A DNA stretch of 64,000 nt from an uncultured Gemmatimonadales bacterium (GTDB lineage: Bacteria > Gemmatimonadota > Gemmatimonadetes > Gemmatimonadales > Gemmatimonadaceae). The position numbers and the translations under genes were made by a program. Positions 51,943 to 62,535 of this stretch are shown here, piece by piece (position 1 is the stretch's first letter; each line of letters opens with the position of its first letter). The DNA lies in NCBI GenBank assembly GCA_963707505.1, contig CAVPQB010000004.1, positions 832,001 to 896,000 of the forward strand. Reading direction: 5' to 3'. The notes under the pieces were generated by a model that saw nothing but the letters and a program-made list of their open reading frames with translations, was not told the DNA's origin and searched no databases.

Positions 51943-54900
51943 GCGCTGTCAAGCCTGATCCTGCGGAAAATCCGCAGGACGAAAAGACTCCGCAGTATTT
52001 CTTCGTACAACGCCCGGTTCTGGCCGGTGTGATCTCGATCGTCATCGCGCTGCTCGGCGTTCTCGCAATGCTGTCGCTGCCAGTGAACCGTTATCCGCAG
52101 ATCACACCACCGAGCGTTCGCGTCACGGCGGTCTATCCCGGCGCCAGTGCGGAGGACGTTGCGAACTCTGTTGCGGCTCCAATCGAGCAACAGTTGTCGG
52201 GCCTCGACGGCTTGCTGTACTACAAGTCGTCCAATGCAAGCGACGGTTCGATGAACCTCGCACTCACGTTCGACATTTCGCGTGATCAGGATCTGGCCGC
52301 GGTCGACGTGCAGAACGCGATCAATCTCGCACTCCCGCAGCTGCCCGCTTCCGTCCGACAGCTCGGCGTCACGATCACGAAGGCGAATCCCGACATTCTG
52401 CTTGTCGCGGCGCTCAGCTCCAAGGATCCGCGTTACGACGCTTCGTATCTGAGTAACTACTCCAAGCTGTATCTCGAGGACGAGATCAAGCGCGTCCCGG
52501 GTGTCGGGTCGGCCATGACATTCGGTGGTCTCGACTTCGCGATGCTACTGAGCCTGAATCCGGAGAAGATGGCGCAGCTCGGGATCACGGTGGATGATGT
52601 GTCGGCGGCGGTGCAGGCGCAGAATTCCACCAAGCCGGCAGGTCGTCTGGGCCGCGAGCCGGCCCCATCCGGCACGGAGCTCACATTGCCCGTGACGACC
52701 GCTGGACGTCTTACGAGTCCTGCGGAATTCGCGAACATAATCGTACGCGCTCGCCCGGACGGGTCGATCGTACATCTTGGCGACATTGCCAATGTGCATC
52801 TCGGCTCGCAGGGATACGACGCAGCCGGACGACTCAACGGCGCGCAGACGGCCCTCATGGTGGTGTACGCACGTCCCGGCGCAAATAACCTGGACGTGAA
52901 GAACGCCGTCGCGGCGCGGTTGAAGGAGCTGTCGAAGAACATGCCAGCGGGGGTCGAAGCCAGGATTCCGTTCGACACGACGCCGTTCATCACCGAATCG
53001 ATCAAGGAAGTCGTGATCACGCTCGCGGAGGCGATGATACTCGTCACGCTCGTCGTGTTCATCTTCCTGCAGAGCTGGCGTGCCACGCTCATTCCGGTGC
53101 TCGCGGTGCCGGTGAGTATCATCGGCACGTTTCTGGGATTGCAGTTTCTGGGATTCACGATCAACACGCTTACGCTGTTCGCGATGGTGCTGGCGATAGG
53201 AATCGTGGTGGATGATGCGATCGTGGTCATCGAGAACGTCGAGCGAATCATGGCCGCGGAGCACGTTTCGGCGCGCGTTGCGGCGAACAAGGCGATGCAT
53301 CAGGTGAGCGGCGCGCTGGTGGCGATCGTGCTGGTACTGTGCTCCGTATTCATTCCTGTTGCATTGGTGGGCGGCATCACGGGCACGATGTACAAGCAGT
53401 TCGCGATCACCATCGTGATCTCGGTCGTGCTCTCTGGTTTCGTCGCGCTGACACTGACGCCAGCGCTGTGCGGCGTGCTGCTCCAGAAGCCGCCTGAGGA
53501 GACCGACAACCGGTTCTACAACTGGTTCAATCACGGCTTCGGCAAGATGACCACGCGATACGTGGACGCGGCCGGACGCATCATCGATCGGCCGAGTTTG
53601 TGGCTGGGTATCTTCGTTGCCCTTGTGCTTGGACTGGTTGTGTTGTGGAAGGTCGTGCCCGGCAGCTTCCTGCCGAGTGAGGACAAGGGATATTTTGCCA
53701 TAGCCGTGCAACTTCCTGATGCCGCGTCGCTGCAGCGCACCACTGCGACGGTCAAGCAGGTGGAGGACATGCTTCACAAGGAGCCAGCGGTCCAGAACGT
53801 GGTGGTTCTGGTTGGACTCGACCTTCTATCGCAATCGACGCAGACGAACGCGGCGACGATATTTGTAAGTCTCAAGCCGTGGGCTGAGCGAGGTGCATCG
53901 GACGGCGTGGACGCTGTTCTGCAGCGCGTGAACGGCAAGCTGTTCGGTATGAAGAACGCGATAGCGTTCGGATTCAACCTCCCGGAAATTCCGGGACTCG
54001 GTACGACCGCGGGACTGGAGCTGAACCTGCAGGAGCGCACCGGCACCGATTACAACACGTTCGCGAATAGCGTGCGGAGCTTCGTGGCGGATCTCCAGAA
54101 GGTTCCATCGCTGCAAAATCCCAACGTCAACATTCGAACCGACGTGCCGCAGGTGTATGTGCACGTAGACGAGGCTGCGGCTGAGTCGCGCGGGGTGACC
54201 AGCGCGAGCATCTTCTCGACGCTGCAGACGATGCTGTCGAACCTGTACATCAACGATTTCAACCTCTACGGCCGGACGTATCGCGTTCAGGCCGAGGCGC
54301 AGACGCAGTTCAGGCAGCGGCCGGAGGACATAGGGCGATTCTACGTGCGCAGCACGAGTGGCGACATGGTGCCGCTGTCGGCGCTCACGACCACGGAGAT
54401 GCGCGGCGCTCCAGGATTGCTCACGCGATTCAACGGATTCCCATCTGCGACCATAACCGCGGCAGTTGCGCCGGGTCACAGCTCGGGCGAAGGACTCAAC
54501 GCGGTCGAGAAACTGGTCGCGGACAAGTACGCGGCGCAGGGGATCGGCTACGCGTACAGTGGTGAATCGTATCAGGAGCGTGCGTCATCGGGGCAGGCTG
54601 GCCTTGTTCTCGCGCTGGCACTGGTGCTCGTGTTTCTGGTTCTCGCAGCTCAATACGAGAGCTGGTCGATTCCGTTCGCGGTAATTCTCGCGCTGCCGTT
54701 TGGCGTGCTCGGTGCCTATCTGGGGATATTCGCGCGCGGACTCTCGAGCGATATCTATTTCCAGGTTGCGCTGCTCGCAGTGCTCGGACTCGCGGCGAAG
54801 AACGCGATCCTCATCGTCGAGTTTGCGACAGAGCTGAGGCGATCCGGCATGTCGATCCGCGACGCCGCGCTGGAGGCCGCGCGAGAGCGATTCCGTCCAA

Positions 54901-55160
54901 TTCTCATGACTTCGTTCGCATTCATCCTCGGCGTTGCGCCGCTCGTCGTAGCTGGCGGTGCCGGCGCTGCGAGTCGGCATTCACTCGGAACCGGCGTTTT
55001 CGCGGGCATGCTCGTCGCGACGACGGTTGGAGTCTTCTTCATTCCGCTGTTCTTCGCAGTGATCGAGAAGCGGATTCATCGACGCGAGCTCGCGACCGCG
55101 CATGACGCACGTCCAGCCGGTGGCGCAGCGCCTTCCGGCCATTCGGTACACAAGCAGTGA
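51939..55160 (+). CDS. HAE1 RND efflux permease (AcrB/MexB-like)
   Basis: FFVQRPV, YPGASAE, AIGIVVDDAIVVIENVER, AKNAILIVEFA, RFRPILMTS. Confidence 0.95.
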   Translation: MSAVKPDPAENPQDEKTPQYFFVQRPVLAGVISIVIALLGVLAMLSLPVNRYPQITPPSVRVTAVYPGASAEDVANSVAAPIEQQLSGLDGLLYYKSSNASDGSMNLALTFDISRDQDLAAVDVQNAINLALPQLPASVRQLGVTITKANPDILLVAALSSKDPRYDASYLSNYSKLYLEDEIKRVPGVGSAMTFGGLDFAMLLSLNPEKMAQLGITVDDVSAAVQAQNSTKPAGRLGREPAPSGTELTLPVTTAGRLTSPAEFANIIVRARPDGSIVHLGDIANVHLGSQGYDAAGRLNGAQTALMVVYARPGANNLDVKNAVAARLKELSKNMPAGVEARIPFDTTPFITESIKEVVITLAEAMILVTLVVFIFLQSWRATLIPVLAVPVSIIGTFLGLQFLGFTINTLTLFAMVLAIGIVVDDAIVVIENVERIMAAEHVSARVAANKAMHQVSGALVAIVLVLCSVFIPVALVGGITGTMYKQFAITIVISVVLSGFVALTLTPALCGVLLQKPPEETDNRFYNWFNHGFGKMTTRYVDAAGRIIDRPSLWLGIFVALVLGLVVLWKVVPGSFLPSEDKGYFAIAVQLPDAASLQRTTATVKQVEDMLHKEPAVQNVVVLVGLDLLSQSTQTNAATIFVSLKPWAERGASDGVDAVLQRVNGKLFGMKNAIAFGFNLPEIPGLGTTAGLELNLQERTGTDYNTFANSVRSFVADLQKVPSLQNPNVNIRTDVPQVYVHVDEAAAESRGVTSASIFSTLQTMLSNLYINDFNLYGRTYRVQAEAQTQFRQRPEDIGRFYVRSTSGDMVPLSALTTTEMRGAPGLLTRFNGFPSATITAAVAPGHSSGEGLNAVEKLVADKYAAQGIGYAYSGESYQERASSGQAGLVLALALVLVFLVLAAQYESWSIPFAVILALPFGVLGAYLGIFARGLSSDIYFQVALLAVLGLAAKNAILIVEFATELRRSGMSIRDAALEAARERFRPILMTSFAFILGVAPLVVAGGAGAASRHSLGTGVFAGMLVATTVGVFFIPLFFAVIEKRIHRRELATAHDARPAGGAAPSGHSVHKQ

Positions 55161-56704
55161 TATCAATCAATCAAATGCCGCGCAGATTCAGCGCGTTTGC
55201 ACTCGTAACCGCAGCATGCGTTGTCTCCGCGTGCGCGGTGGGGCCGTCGACTGCAGTCACGGCCGCGACGCCATCAGTCGCGCAGACCAGCGATCAGGCG
55301 GTAACGCCGGCTGCGCGGACGTTCTTCGATTCTCTTACTGCGGCCAGAGCGGCAGATTCAGTTTCCCCGGCCCCGCAATCGATGGTGAGCCAGGGTGAGC
55401 CGCCGCAGAAGCCGATCGGTGTTCCCACTACGCTGCAGCTCGATCCTGCGCGCAACCTCACGTGGCTCGAGATCGTGCGCGACAGCACGCTCGCGTCGCT
55501 GATCCAGACCGCGGTCAACAACAATCGCGACCTGCGCGTGGCTCAGGCTCGCATTCGCGAGTACCAAGCGCTTCATGGCGCTGCAGCTGGACCGTTCTTT
55601 CCGCAGATAACCGCCAACGCAGCGGCGAGTCGGAACAAGATCGCCCTCGCGGGTGGTTCGCCGATCAAGTACGACGCGATCAGCGCGACCGCGAACGTTG
55701 CGTGGGAGCTGGACTTCTGGGGAAGGATCCGTCGTGGTGCTCAAGCGGCGAACTTCGACCTGCTCAGCCACGAAGAAGACGCGCGCGCGACCGAGCTCAC
55801 GCTCGTGAGCGATGTGGCGACCGAGTACCTGCAGCTGCGCGAGCTGGACGAAAGCATGCGCATCGCCGAGGCTACGAGAGCGGCAGGGCAGGCGGTACTG
55901 GAGCTTGCGCGTCGCAGATTCGCCCAGGGCCAGATCTCCGAGCTCGATGTGCGCCAGTTCGAGGCGCAGGTTGCCGATCCGGCCGCGCGACTTGCGCAAT
56001 TCGCCTTGCAGAGGCGACAGCAGGAGAACGCACTCTCGTTGCTACTGGGCCAGCCGCCGGGCTCCATTCCGCGCGGCGGTCCGCTGCAAGATGTGATTCA
56101 GGCGGTTGCGGTCCCCGATTCACTTCCGGGCGCACTGATCGCGCGGCGTCCGGACGTGATGCGCGCGCAGCGAGACATGCAGGCGTCGCTCGCACGCATC
56201 GGTGTCGCGGTAGCAAACAGGCTTCCGACGATCACGGTGGGGGGAGATTACGGCTCGCAACGGCCGGAAGTAAACAAGCTCTTCACGCGCCAGGGTGAGA
56301 TCTACACGCTTCAAGCCGGCCTGTCGTTTCCCATTTTCACCGGTGGCCGGCTGCTCAATGAAGAACGTGCGGCGCGCGCACGCGCGGACGAGAGCAAGGC
56401 GCAGTATCAACAGACCGTGCTGACGGCGTTGCGTGAAGCAAGTGATGCACTTGCTGGTGTCCGGTTGGGCCGCGATCAACTCGTGGCGCAGCAGACGCAG
56501 GCGCGCGCGTTGACGATCGCAGCGTCCATCGCGGAACGGCGATATGCGAGCGGCGTGTCGAGCTATCTCGAAGTGCTGAACGCAGAGCAGAGTCTGTTCA
56601 ATGCGCAGCTGAATCTGGTCGCGGTGGAGCAACAGTATCTCACGGCGACGGTGCAGTTGTACAAGGCGTTGGGCGGAAGCTGGGACGGGGCGGCGGTCCG
56701 ATAA
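55157..56704 (+). CDS. RND outer-membrane factor lipoprotein (OprM/NodT-like)
   Basis: SACAVGP, NNRDL, WELDFWG, RRPDV, LYKALGGSW. Confidence 0.93.
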   Translation: MISINQMPRRFSAFALVTAACVVSACAVGPSTAVTAATPSVAQTSDQAVTPAARTFFDSLTAARAADSVSPAPQSMVSQGEPPQKPIGVPTTLQLDPARNLTWLEIVRDSTLASLIQTAVNNNRDLRVAQARIREYQALHGAAAGPFFPQITANAAASRNKIALAGGSPIKYDAISATANVAWELDFWGRIRRGAQAANFDLLSHEEDARATELTLVSDVATEYLQLRELDESMRIAEATRAAGQAVLELARRRFAQGQISELDVRQFEAQVADPAARLAQFALQRRQQENALSLLLGQPPGSIPRGGPLQDVIQAVAVPDSLPGALIARRPDVMRAQRDMQASLARIGVAVANRLPTITVGGDYGSQRPEVNKLFTRQGEIYTLQAGLSFPIFTGGRLLNEERAARARADESKAQYQQTVLTALREASDALAGVRLGRDQLVAQQTQARALTIAASIAERRYASGVSSYLEVLNAEQSLFNAQLNLVAVEQQYLTATVQLYKALGGSWDGAAVR

Positions 56705-56731
56705 GGCCCGAATGCATCCGCGCCGGATGCC

Positions 56732-58423
56732 TTACATAGCGGCCACACCCTTCACCGGTACGTTCGTCAGCAGCTCCGGCTGCGGATCTTCGCGTAGCTC
56801 GGCGAGGTACTCGTGCACGAACTTGACTGCCATCGAGCCCTCGCCGACTGCTGCTGCCACACGCTTTGCGGAGCCGAGTCGCACGTCGCCCGCGGCGAAT
56901 ACTCCGGGCTGACTTGTCTCCAGCAGGAACGGCTGGCGCTTGCGTGTCCAGCCGGGCGTGTTGGCGAGCTGGCGCCCGGTGCAGACAAATCCCTTGGCGT
57001 CTTTGTCGATCTGCGCTGGTAGCCAATCGGTGTGCGGAATGGCACCGATGAGCGTGAAGACAGCTGGAGTGTCGATCGTGCGTCGCGCGCCTGTTGTGGT
57101 GTTTTCGACGACTATGGCCTCGAGACGTGTGTCGCCATGCAGCTCGCGAACTTGCGTGGTGTAGAGCACCTCGATGGTAGGCGCGGCCTCGATTCGATCG
57201 ATGAGATAGCTCGACATGGTCTGTCGCATGCTGTCGCGGCGTACGAGTAACGTCACCTTCCGCGTGTGCTGTGCGAGATATACCGCTGCCTGACCGGCTG
57301 AGTTGCCTGCGCCGACGATCACGACATCGGCGCCGCTGCATGCATCGAGTTCTGTCCTGGTCGCAACGTAGTAGATGCCTATCCCCTCAAAACGTTCGCG
57401 ATCGGGAACGTCGAGCTTGCGATAGTCTGCGCCGGTTGCGATCAGAACGCAGCGCGCCGACGCGGTTTCACCGTCGTCCATGCGCACGGTGAGGTGCGAT
57501 CCTTCATCATCGAGCGCGGTTACGGGTGCCGGAGTTGACAATCGTGCACCGAATTTCTGCGCCTGCAACGTTGCGGCCCTGGTGAGATCGGCGCCCGTAA
57601 TTCCCATCGGAAAGCCGAGGTAATTCTCGATCGCGTTGGATGCGCCTGCCTGTCCACCCGGAGAATCGGCGTCCAGTAACAGCGTGGTGAGTCCTTCGGA
57701 CGAACCATACACGGCGGCCGCGAGTCCCGCGGGGCCGGCACCCACGATCACCAGATCGTAGACTTCGGTGCCGATCGGGCGCTTGAGTCCGACAGCCTGT
57801 GCGAGGTCGCGCGTGGATGGATTGCGCAGCACAGCCTGGCCGACGCACAGTACAACGGGGAGCGCGTCATCGCCGACGCCAAAGTGGTGTAACAACTCAG
57901 CGGCGCCTGAATCCGTATCGACATCGAGCCACCTCATCGGTACCTGATTGCGCGAGAGAAACTCGCGAATGCGATATGTGTCGCGCGAATCCCTCGACCC
58001 GATCACGCGAACGCCCTGAAATCCGGACTCGAGAAGCTGTTCTCTGCGCGTAATGAACGCCTGCAGAATGACGTCGCCCATTCCCGGATCTTCCGCAATC
58101 AGCCGCCGGATGTCGGCCGGTGCGACTTCGAGCACGTCGGTCTCGCCGCGTGCCACTGCGCTCACGACCGTGACACGCCGCGTGAGAATGTCGATGTCGC
58201 CCGTGAACTCGCCCGGTTGATGTACTACAACCGTCCTCGGCTCGTCGCCTGAATGATCGAGGATCTCGACCGCGCCCGATAGAACGACGAAGAAGGTCGC
58301 CGGGCTCACCCCCGCCTCAAAGAGCACATCATTGTCACGGAAGTGACGCCGCTTCGCGTACTTCGACAGGGTGCCGATCTGCCGGTCGGTCAGCCTGGGG
58401 AATGCAACGTTGTCTGAAGTCAC
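56732..58423 (-). CDS. Cyclic-nucleotide-binding domain fused to thioredoxin-reductase-like FAD oxidoreductase
   Basis: FPRLT, cNMP (PGEFTG), GAGPAGL, IENYLGFP, GAGNSAGQ, FAAGDVR. Confidence 0.9.
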   Translation of the reverse strand: MTSDNVAFPRLTDRQIGTLSKYAKRRHFRDNDVLFEAGVSPATFFVVLSGAVEILDHSGDEPRTVVVHQPGEFTGDIDILTRRVTVVSAVARGETDVLEVAPADIRRLIAEDPGMGDVILQAFITRREQLLESGFQGVRVIGSRDSRDTYRIREFLSRNQVPMRWLDVDTDSGAAELLHHFGVGDDALPVVLCVGQAVLRNPSTRDLAQAVGLKRPIGTEVYDLVIVGAGPAGLAAAVYGSSEGLTTLLLDADSPGGQAGASNAIENYLGFPMGITGADLTRAATLQAQKFGARLSTPAPVTALDDEGSHLTVRMDDGETASARCVLIATGADYRKLDVPDRERFEGIGIYYVATRTELDACSGADVVIVGAGNSAGQAAVYLAQHTRKVTLLVRRDSMRQTMSSYLIDRIEAAPTIEVLYTTQVRELHGDTRLEAIVVENTTTGARRTIDTPAVFTLIGAIPHTDWLPAQIDKDAKGFVCTGRQLANTPGWTRKRQPFLLETSQPGVFAAGDVRLGSAKRVAAAVGEGSMAVKFVHEYLAELREDPQPELLTNVPVKGVAAM

Positions 58424-58481
58424 GGGTTTCGGGTTTCGAACGACTGTTCGATATGGTCAAAAAGGGATGGGGCGGATTGGC

Positions 58482-59723
58482 TCACGGATGCCGGATGGTG
58501 CCGACGAAAAGATCTGCACCGGTCGTTTCATCCCGTAACAGTATGATAAAAGGACGGTCAACGACGAACTCTGTCGTGAGCCGGAGAGCGGTGGTCGTGA
58601 TCATTCCGATTCCGGTGACGGCCGCGGCTTCCGTTCCCTCCTCATCAACGTCGAGATACACTTTCTGTAATGCCTTTCCGATGCAGAGCTGCTGTGGAGG
58701 CCTTCCTGTTTTATCGACCGCCATGGTGCTGAAGTCGGCCTGCCTGCAATTCGTTGCGACGCCTGCACCGAGCCGCCTGAGAAGCGGAACAAGGTCGGTC
58801 GCCTGCTCGACGTGCAGTTTGGGCAGAACGAGATGGACTTCTCGATTTGCGCGCGCCGTCAGCGAAGCGGGCCACCCGGACTCCGCGAACCTCAGCTCGA
58901 TCCTTCGATTGTCGCCCGAATCGGGAAGAATCACGTACATCGCGACGTGATCGCCATTGTACGGCAGACGCACCATCTGATAGCCGCTGTCGCGTGAATA
59001 CCGCATGTCGCCGGTGCGTTGCATCGACGGCACGCGGATCGTTCGGCCAGAGCGAAGTGTGAACGGACGCTGCTGTGTAAGGCTCTTGTTGAACGGTGTG
59101 AGCCATTTACCCTTGAAATACACCGCATTAGCGATGAACAACAGCGTGGTATCGGGAAGCTCCTCGCTCAGGATACCCCTGATCTTCCCATGCGTCGCAC
59201 TGTCGGCCCAACTGTTAATCACCGTTACCGCATGCGGCGAGTGCAGTGCGAGACTACCGACGCGTGCGTGCCACGCGCGCGCCGCCGCTTGGAACGACCT
59301 GGTCAGCGTGACAGAGTTATCCGTCCAGACGGCATTCGCGATCTCGAGCTGGACGTCCTTGCGATCGGTCGATGCGGTAATCAGCGATGACCCGCGGCTT
59401 TCGAGATCGGATCGGCTCAATCCGGAAGTGCGGAGCATGATCGCAAGCGCCGAGGCGGTGCTCCCGTTTGCACCGAAGGATGCCAGCGACAGTGCGAGTC
59501 CCGCACTGACCGGCGACACGACGGTATTCGAATCCGCAGCGCCATCACGATTGCCGGCTGCGTTCAGGAGCTTTGCGCCGAAATCATTGAACGAGAGCGG
59601 CGATGTGCCACTCGACGTCTGAGCCTGGAGCGGACGCGGACAGAATGCGAGCGACGCAATCATGCCAAGGCACACGATGCGGATCGGTCTGGCTCGCAGC
59701 ATGGAACGCAGCGTTTGATTCAT
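58482..59723 (-). CDS. Secreted serpin
   Basis: NTVVSPVS, INSW, NAVYFKGKW, hinge DEEGTEAAA, FVVDRPF, LFVG. Confidence 0.92.
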   Translation of the reverse strand: MNQTLRSMLRARPIRIVCLGMIASLAFCPRPLQAQTSSGTSPLSFNDFGAKLLNAAGNRDGAADSNTVVSPVSAGLALSLASFGANGSTASALAIMLRTSGLSRSDLESRGSSLITASTDRKDVQLEIANAVWTDNSVTLTRSFQAAARAWHARVGSLALHSPHAVTVINSWADSATHGKIRGILSEELPDTTLLFIANAVYFKGKWLTPFNKSLTQQRPFTLRSGRTIRVPSMQRTGDMRYSRDSGYQMVRLPYNGDHVAMYVILPDSGDNRRIELRFAESGWPASLTARANREVHLVLPKLHVEQATDLVPLLRRLGAGVATNCRQADFSTMAVDKTGRPPQQLCIGKALQKVYLDVDEEGTEAAAVTGIGMITTTALRLTTEFVVDRPFIILLRDETTGADLFVGTIRHP

Positions 59724-59880
59724 CGAAGCTCCCTTCCGCAGAAATGTCCAGCCTTGCGGGATTCGCGCAGTGGTGGAACAATATCAACGCGCGGCGCCGC
59801 AGAAACGCCATCCGGTCAGCCTTGGTACTACGTGTCTCCGGGTAGAATCCTGTACCCGGCACCCCTACTTCAATGTACTC

Positions 59881-60237
59881 ATGAACATCGAGCAACAATT
59901 TGCAGACCTCCACGACGTCTGGTCACCCAGAGTGATCGGTCGCGTGAACGATCAGTATGTCAAGATCGCGAAGCTCAAGGGTGAGTTCACGTGGCACAAA
60001 CACGATGATGAGGATGAGATGTTCTTCGTCGTGAAAGGGCGACTGAAGATCCAGTTCGAGGATGGCGATGTGGAGCTCGGACCGGGCGATTTCCACATAG
60101 TCCCGAAAGGTGTCACTCACAATCCAGTCGCGGACGAGGAGTGCTGGATAATGCTGATCGAAACTGTGACGACCAGGCATACTGGTGATGTAGTATCTCC
60201 ACTGACGAAAACGATCGAGCAACAGCTCCGCCGATAG
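59881..60237 (+). CDS. Cupin domain protein
   Basis: WSPRVIG, GEFTWHKHDDEDEMF, VPKGVTHNP. Confidence 0.9.
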   Translation: MNIEQQFADLHDVWSPRVIGRVNDQYVKIAKLKGEFTWHKHDDEDEMFFVVKGRLKIQFEDGDVELGPGDFHIVPKGVTHNPVADEECWIMLIETVTTRHTGDVVSPLTKTIEQQLRR

Positions 60238-60325
60238 GGTCAGTCGAGTATTCGTGCACGCAACCTTGCGCCAAAAGACCCGGCCGCGCATGTTGTGCCG
60301 ACATTATCCTGGGTGGGGGAATCTG

Positions 60326-61546
60326 ATGCGCAGTCTCAGACCTTTTGCAGCAGTCGGTTTAGTGTTTGGTACGGCGGTACTTGGTGCGCAGGGTGTTGCA
60401 TCCATCCCGCCTGGCGGTTTCGCCGATCACGTTGCGTCGTTGATCACTGTTGCCGACCCCGCGATCCCCAGTGCGAGCGCACCGGCCGTCGGATACAACG
60501 ACCCGCGTTACCAGTCGCCGTATGGCACCGGCTTCGATGGTGTCGCAAGACTGTTGATGACGGACAATCAGGGTTTCATCACATCCGGGTGTACCGGAAC
60601 CCTGTTGTGGACGGGTCAGGATGTCCTGACGGCCGCACACTGCGTCACATCCGGCAGCAACGTCGTGACTGCATCGTCGGTGTACTCCGGATTCCTCAAC
60701 CCAACCGGCGGTGTCACGAACATCAAATCGTCGGCGATCTATGTGAATCCGGCGTATAACGGCGGCCTCGCCGCAAGTCCGAACGGCTCTGCCATCGATC
60801 CGAATGACATCGCGATCATTCACCTCAGCAGACCGGCCGATTCATGGATGACGGGATACTATCTCTATGGTGGCGACCCGATCGGACAGCCGACGATTTT
60901 CGCAGGGTTTGGCCTCACCGGGAATGGTGTTACCGGCGGCACCGTCAACACGCTCTTCGACGACGTGCTTGGCACCGGTGAGCCAGTCCGACGACTCGCG
61001 CTCAACGAATGGGACGCGACACTCAGCGCCGACGCAAGTACGATCTATTCCGGCTTCGCCACTCCAATCCTGCTCTCCGACTTCGATGACGGGACACTCG
61101 GCAACAACACACTGTGCAACTTCTTTGGTGGCCCGGGAAATCCAGCGGGGTTGCCGCCCGGCCAGCTTGCCAACGTTTGCGACCCGGGCTACGGGATCTA
61201 CGAGGGGATGATCGGCGCCGGAGATTCGGGTGGCCCGGGTTTCATCTGGGACGCGGCAATGGGTCGTTATGAAGTTGCGGGCGTCGCCTCATTTGGCAGT
61301 GAGCGCTGCTGGAACCCAGGTGATGGAAGCGCGACGAATCCCAATCCCGACGGTAGCTGTCCCGCGAACTATGAACTGAACGGCGGTTATTTCGGATCCT
61401 ACGCGGGACATGTAGATCCTGCAGTCGGCGCGAACTTCGCATTCATCGCGTCGGCGACTCCGGAGCCGTCATCCCTCGCGTTGCTCGCGACGGGATTGTT
61501 CGCCTTCGTACCGGCGGTCGTTCGCAGGAGACGGCCCCAGGTCTGA
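60326..61546 (+). CDS. Trypsin-like (S1) serine protease with PEP-CTERM
   Basis: CTGTLL, LTAAHC, NDIAII, GDSGGP; C-terminus TPEPSSLALL...RRRR. Confidence 0.9.
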   Translation: MRSLRPFAAVGLVFGTAVLGAQGVASIPPGGFADHVASLITVADPAIPSASAPAVGYNDPRYQSPYGTGFDGVARLLMTDNQGFITSGCTGTLLWTGQDVLTAAHCVTSGSNVVTASSVYSGFLNPTGGVTNIKSSAIYVNPAYNGGLAASPNGSAIDPNDIAIIHLSRPADSWMTGYYLYGGDPIGQPTIFAGFGLTGNGVTGGTVNTLFDDVLGTGEPVRRLALNEWDATLSADASTIYSGFATPILLSDFDDGTLGNNTLCNFFGGPGNPAGLPPGQLANVCDPGYGIYEGMIGAGDSGGPGFIWDAAMGRYEVAGVASFGSERCWNPGDGSATNPNPDGSCPANYELNGGYFGSYAGHVDPAVGANFAFIASATPEPSSLALLATGLFAFVPAVVRRRRPQV

Positions 61547-61584
61547 CCCAATCGATGTGAATCGTCGCCGCTCCAGTCGTCGCG

Positions 61585-62526
61585 CTACGACAAGACTGAT
61601 AGCGGCGGCAATTCGGATTCGATCTTCGTACGCTCTGGCTCGAGCCACGGCGGAAGCACAAGTTTCTCACCAAGTGATTCCGCGCTCTCATCGATCGAGA
61701 AGCCGGGCCCATCTGTTGCGACTTCGAAGAGCACGCCGCCCGGCTCCAGAAAGTAGACCGAGTGAAACCAGAAGCGGTCGATGACTTCGGTTGGACGACG
61801 GTGCGCCGCTTCCACTCGCGCGCGCACTGCGAGTTGCGCCGCATCGTCGGCGACTCGCCATGCAACGTGATGGATTCCGCCCACGCCCCAACGGCCGCGT
61901 GCACCGTCCGGAATTTCACGAATGTCCAGATGCTTCCCAGATCCACCGTCACCGACTCCGTAACGGTGCCATCCATCCTCGACGCCAATTGCGCGAAAGC
62001 CGAGCACGCTGACGAGAAAATCCTCGGTCAGCGCGAGATCACGCTCCCACAATCGAACCGACTGTAGTCCGCGGATCTGATGCTCCGCTGGAACGGGACT
62101 ACGTTCCCACGCTGCGAACGTGCGAGCGTCGTCAGTTGCAACGAGTGCGACAGGTTGTCCGAACGGATCGCGGATGGTAAGCGCGCGCTCTGTATGACGG
62201 ACCGATTCGCCTTCGATCGCGACGCCGAAGGTCGCGAGCCTGTCACGCCAGTATGTCACGCTCATCGCGGGTATCGCGAGTGACACTTCCATCGCGAGTC
62301 CTATGCCATCCTGAACAGGTGGTGAGTCAGCCCACGGAAAGAAGGTGAGATCGGTGCCAGGATTGCCGTCGGCGTCTGCATAGAACAGGTGGTACGTATC
62401 CGGCACATCCTGGTTGACTGTCTTCTTCACAAGTCTCATGCCGAGTACGTGCGTGTAGAAGTCAAGATTCACCTGCGCGTTGCCGGTGATGGCCGTGACG
62501 TGATGGATTCCGCTGATCTCGTTCAT
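61585..62526 (-). CDS. Ring-cleaving dioxygenase/VOC family (MhqO-like)
   Basis: GIHHVTA, LVKKTVN, YHLFY, GIHHVAWR, DRFWFHSVYF, FEVATDGPGF. Confidence 0.92.
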   Translation of the reverse strand: MNEISGIHHVTAITGNAQVNLDFYTHVLGMRLVKKTVNQDVPDTYHLFYADADGNPGTDLTFFPWADSPPVQDGIGLAMEVSLAIPAMSVTYWRDRLATFGVAIEGESVRHTERALTIRDPFGQPVALVATDDARTFAAWERSPVPAEHQIRGLQSVRLWERDLALTEDFLVSVLGFRAIGVEDGWHRYGVGDGGSGKHLDIREIPDGARGRWGVGGIHHVAWRVADDAAQLAVRARVEAAHRRPTEVIDRFWFHSVYFLEPGGVLFEVATDGPGFSIDESAESLGEKLVLPPWLEPERTKIESELPPLSVLS

Positions 62527-62535
62527 ACCGGAAAA

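Noticed and set aside
60253..60271. Sigma54-like element upstream of the PEP-CTERM protease
   Set aside because: Lacks the invariant GG and has the wrong spacing
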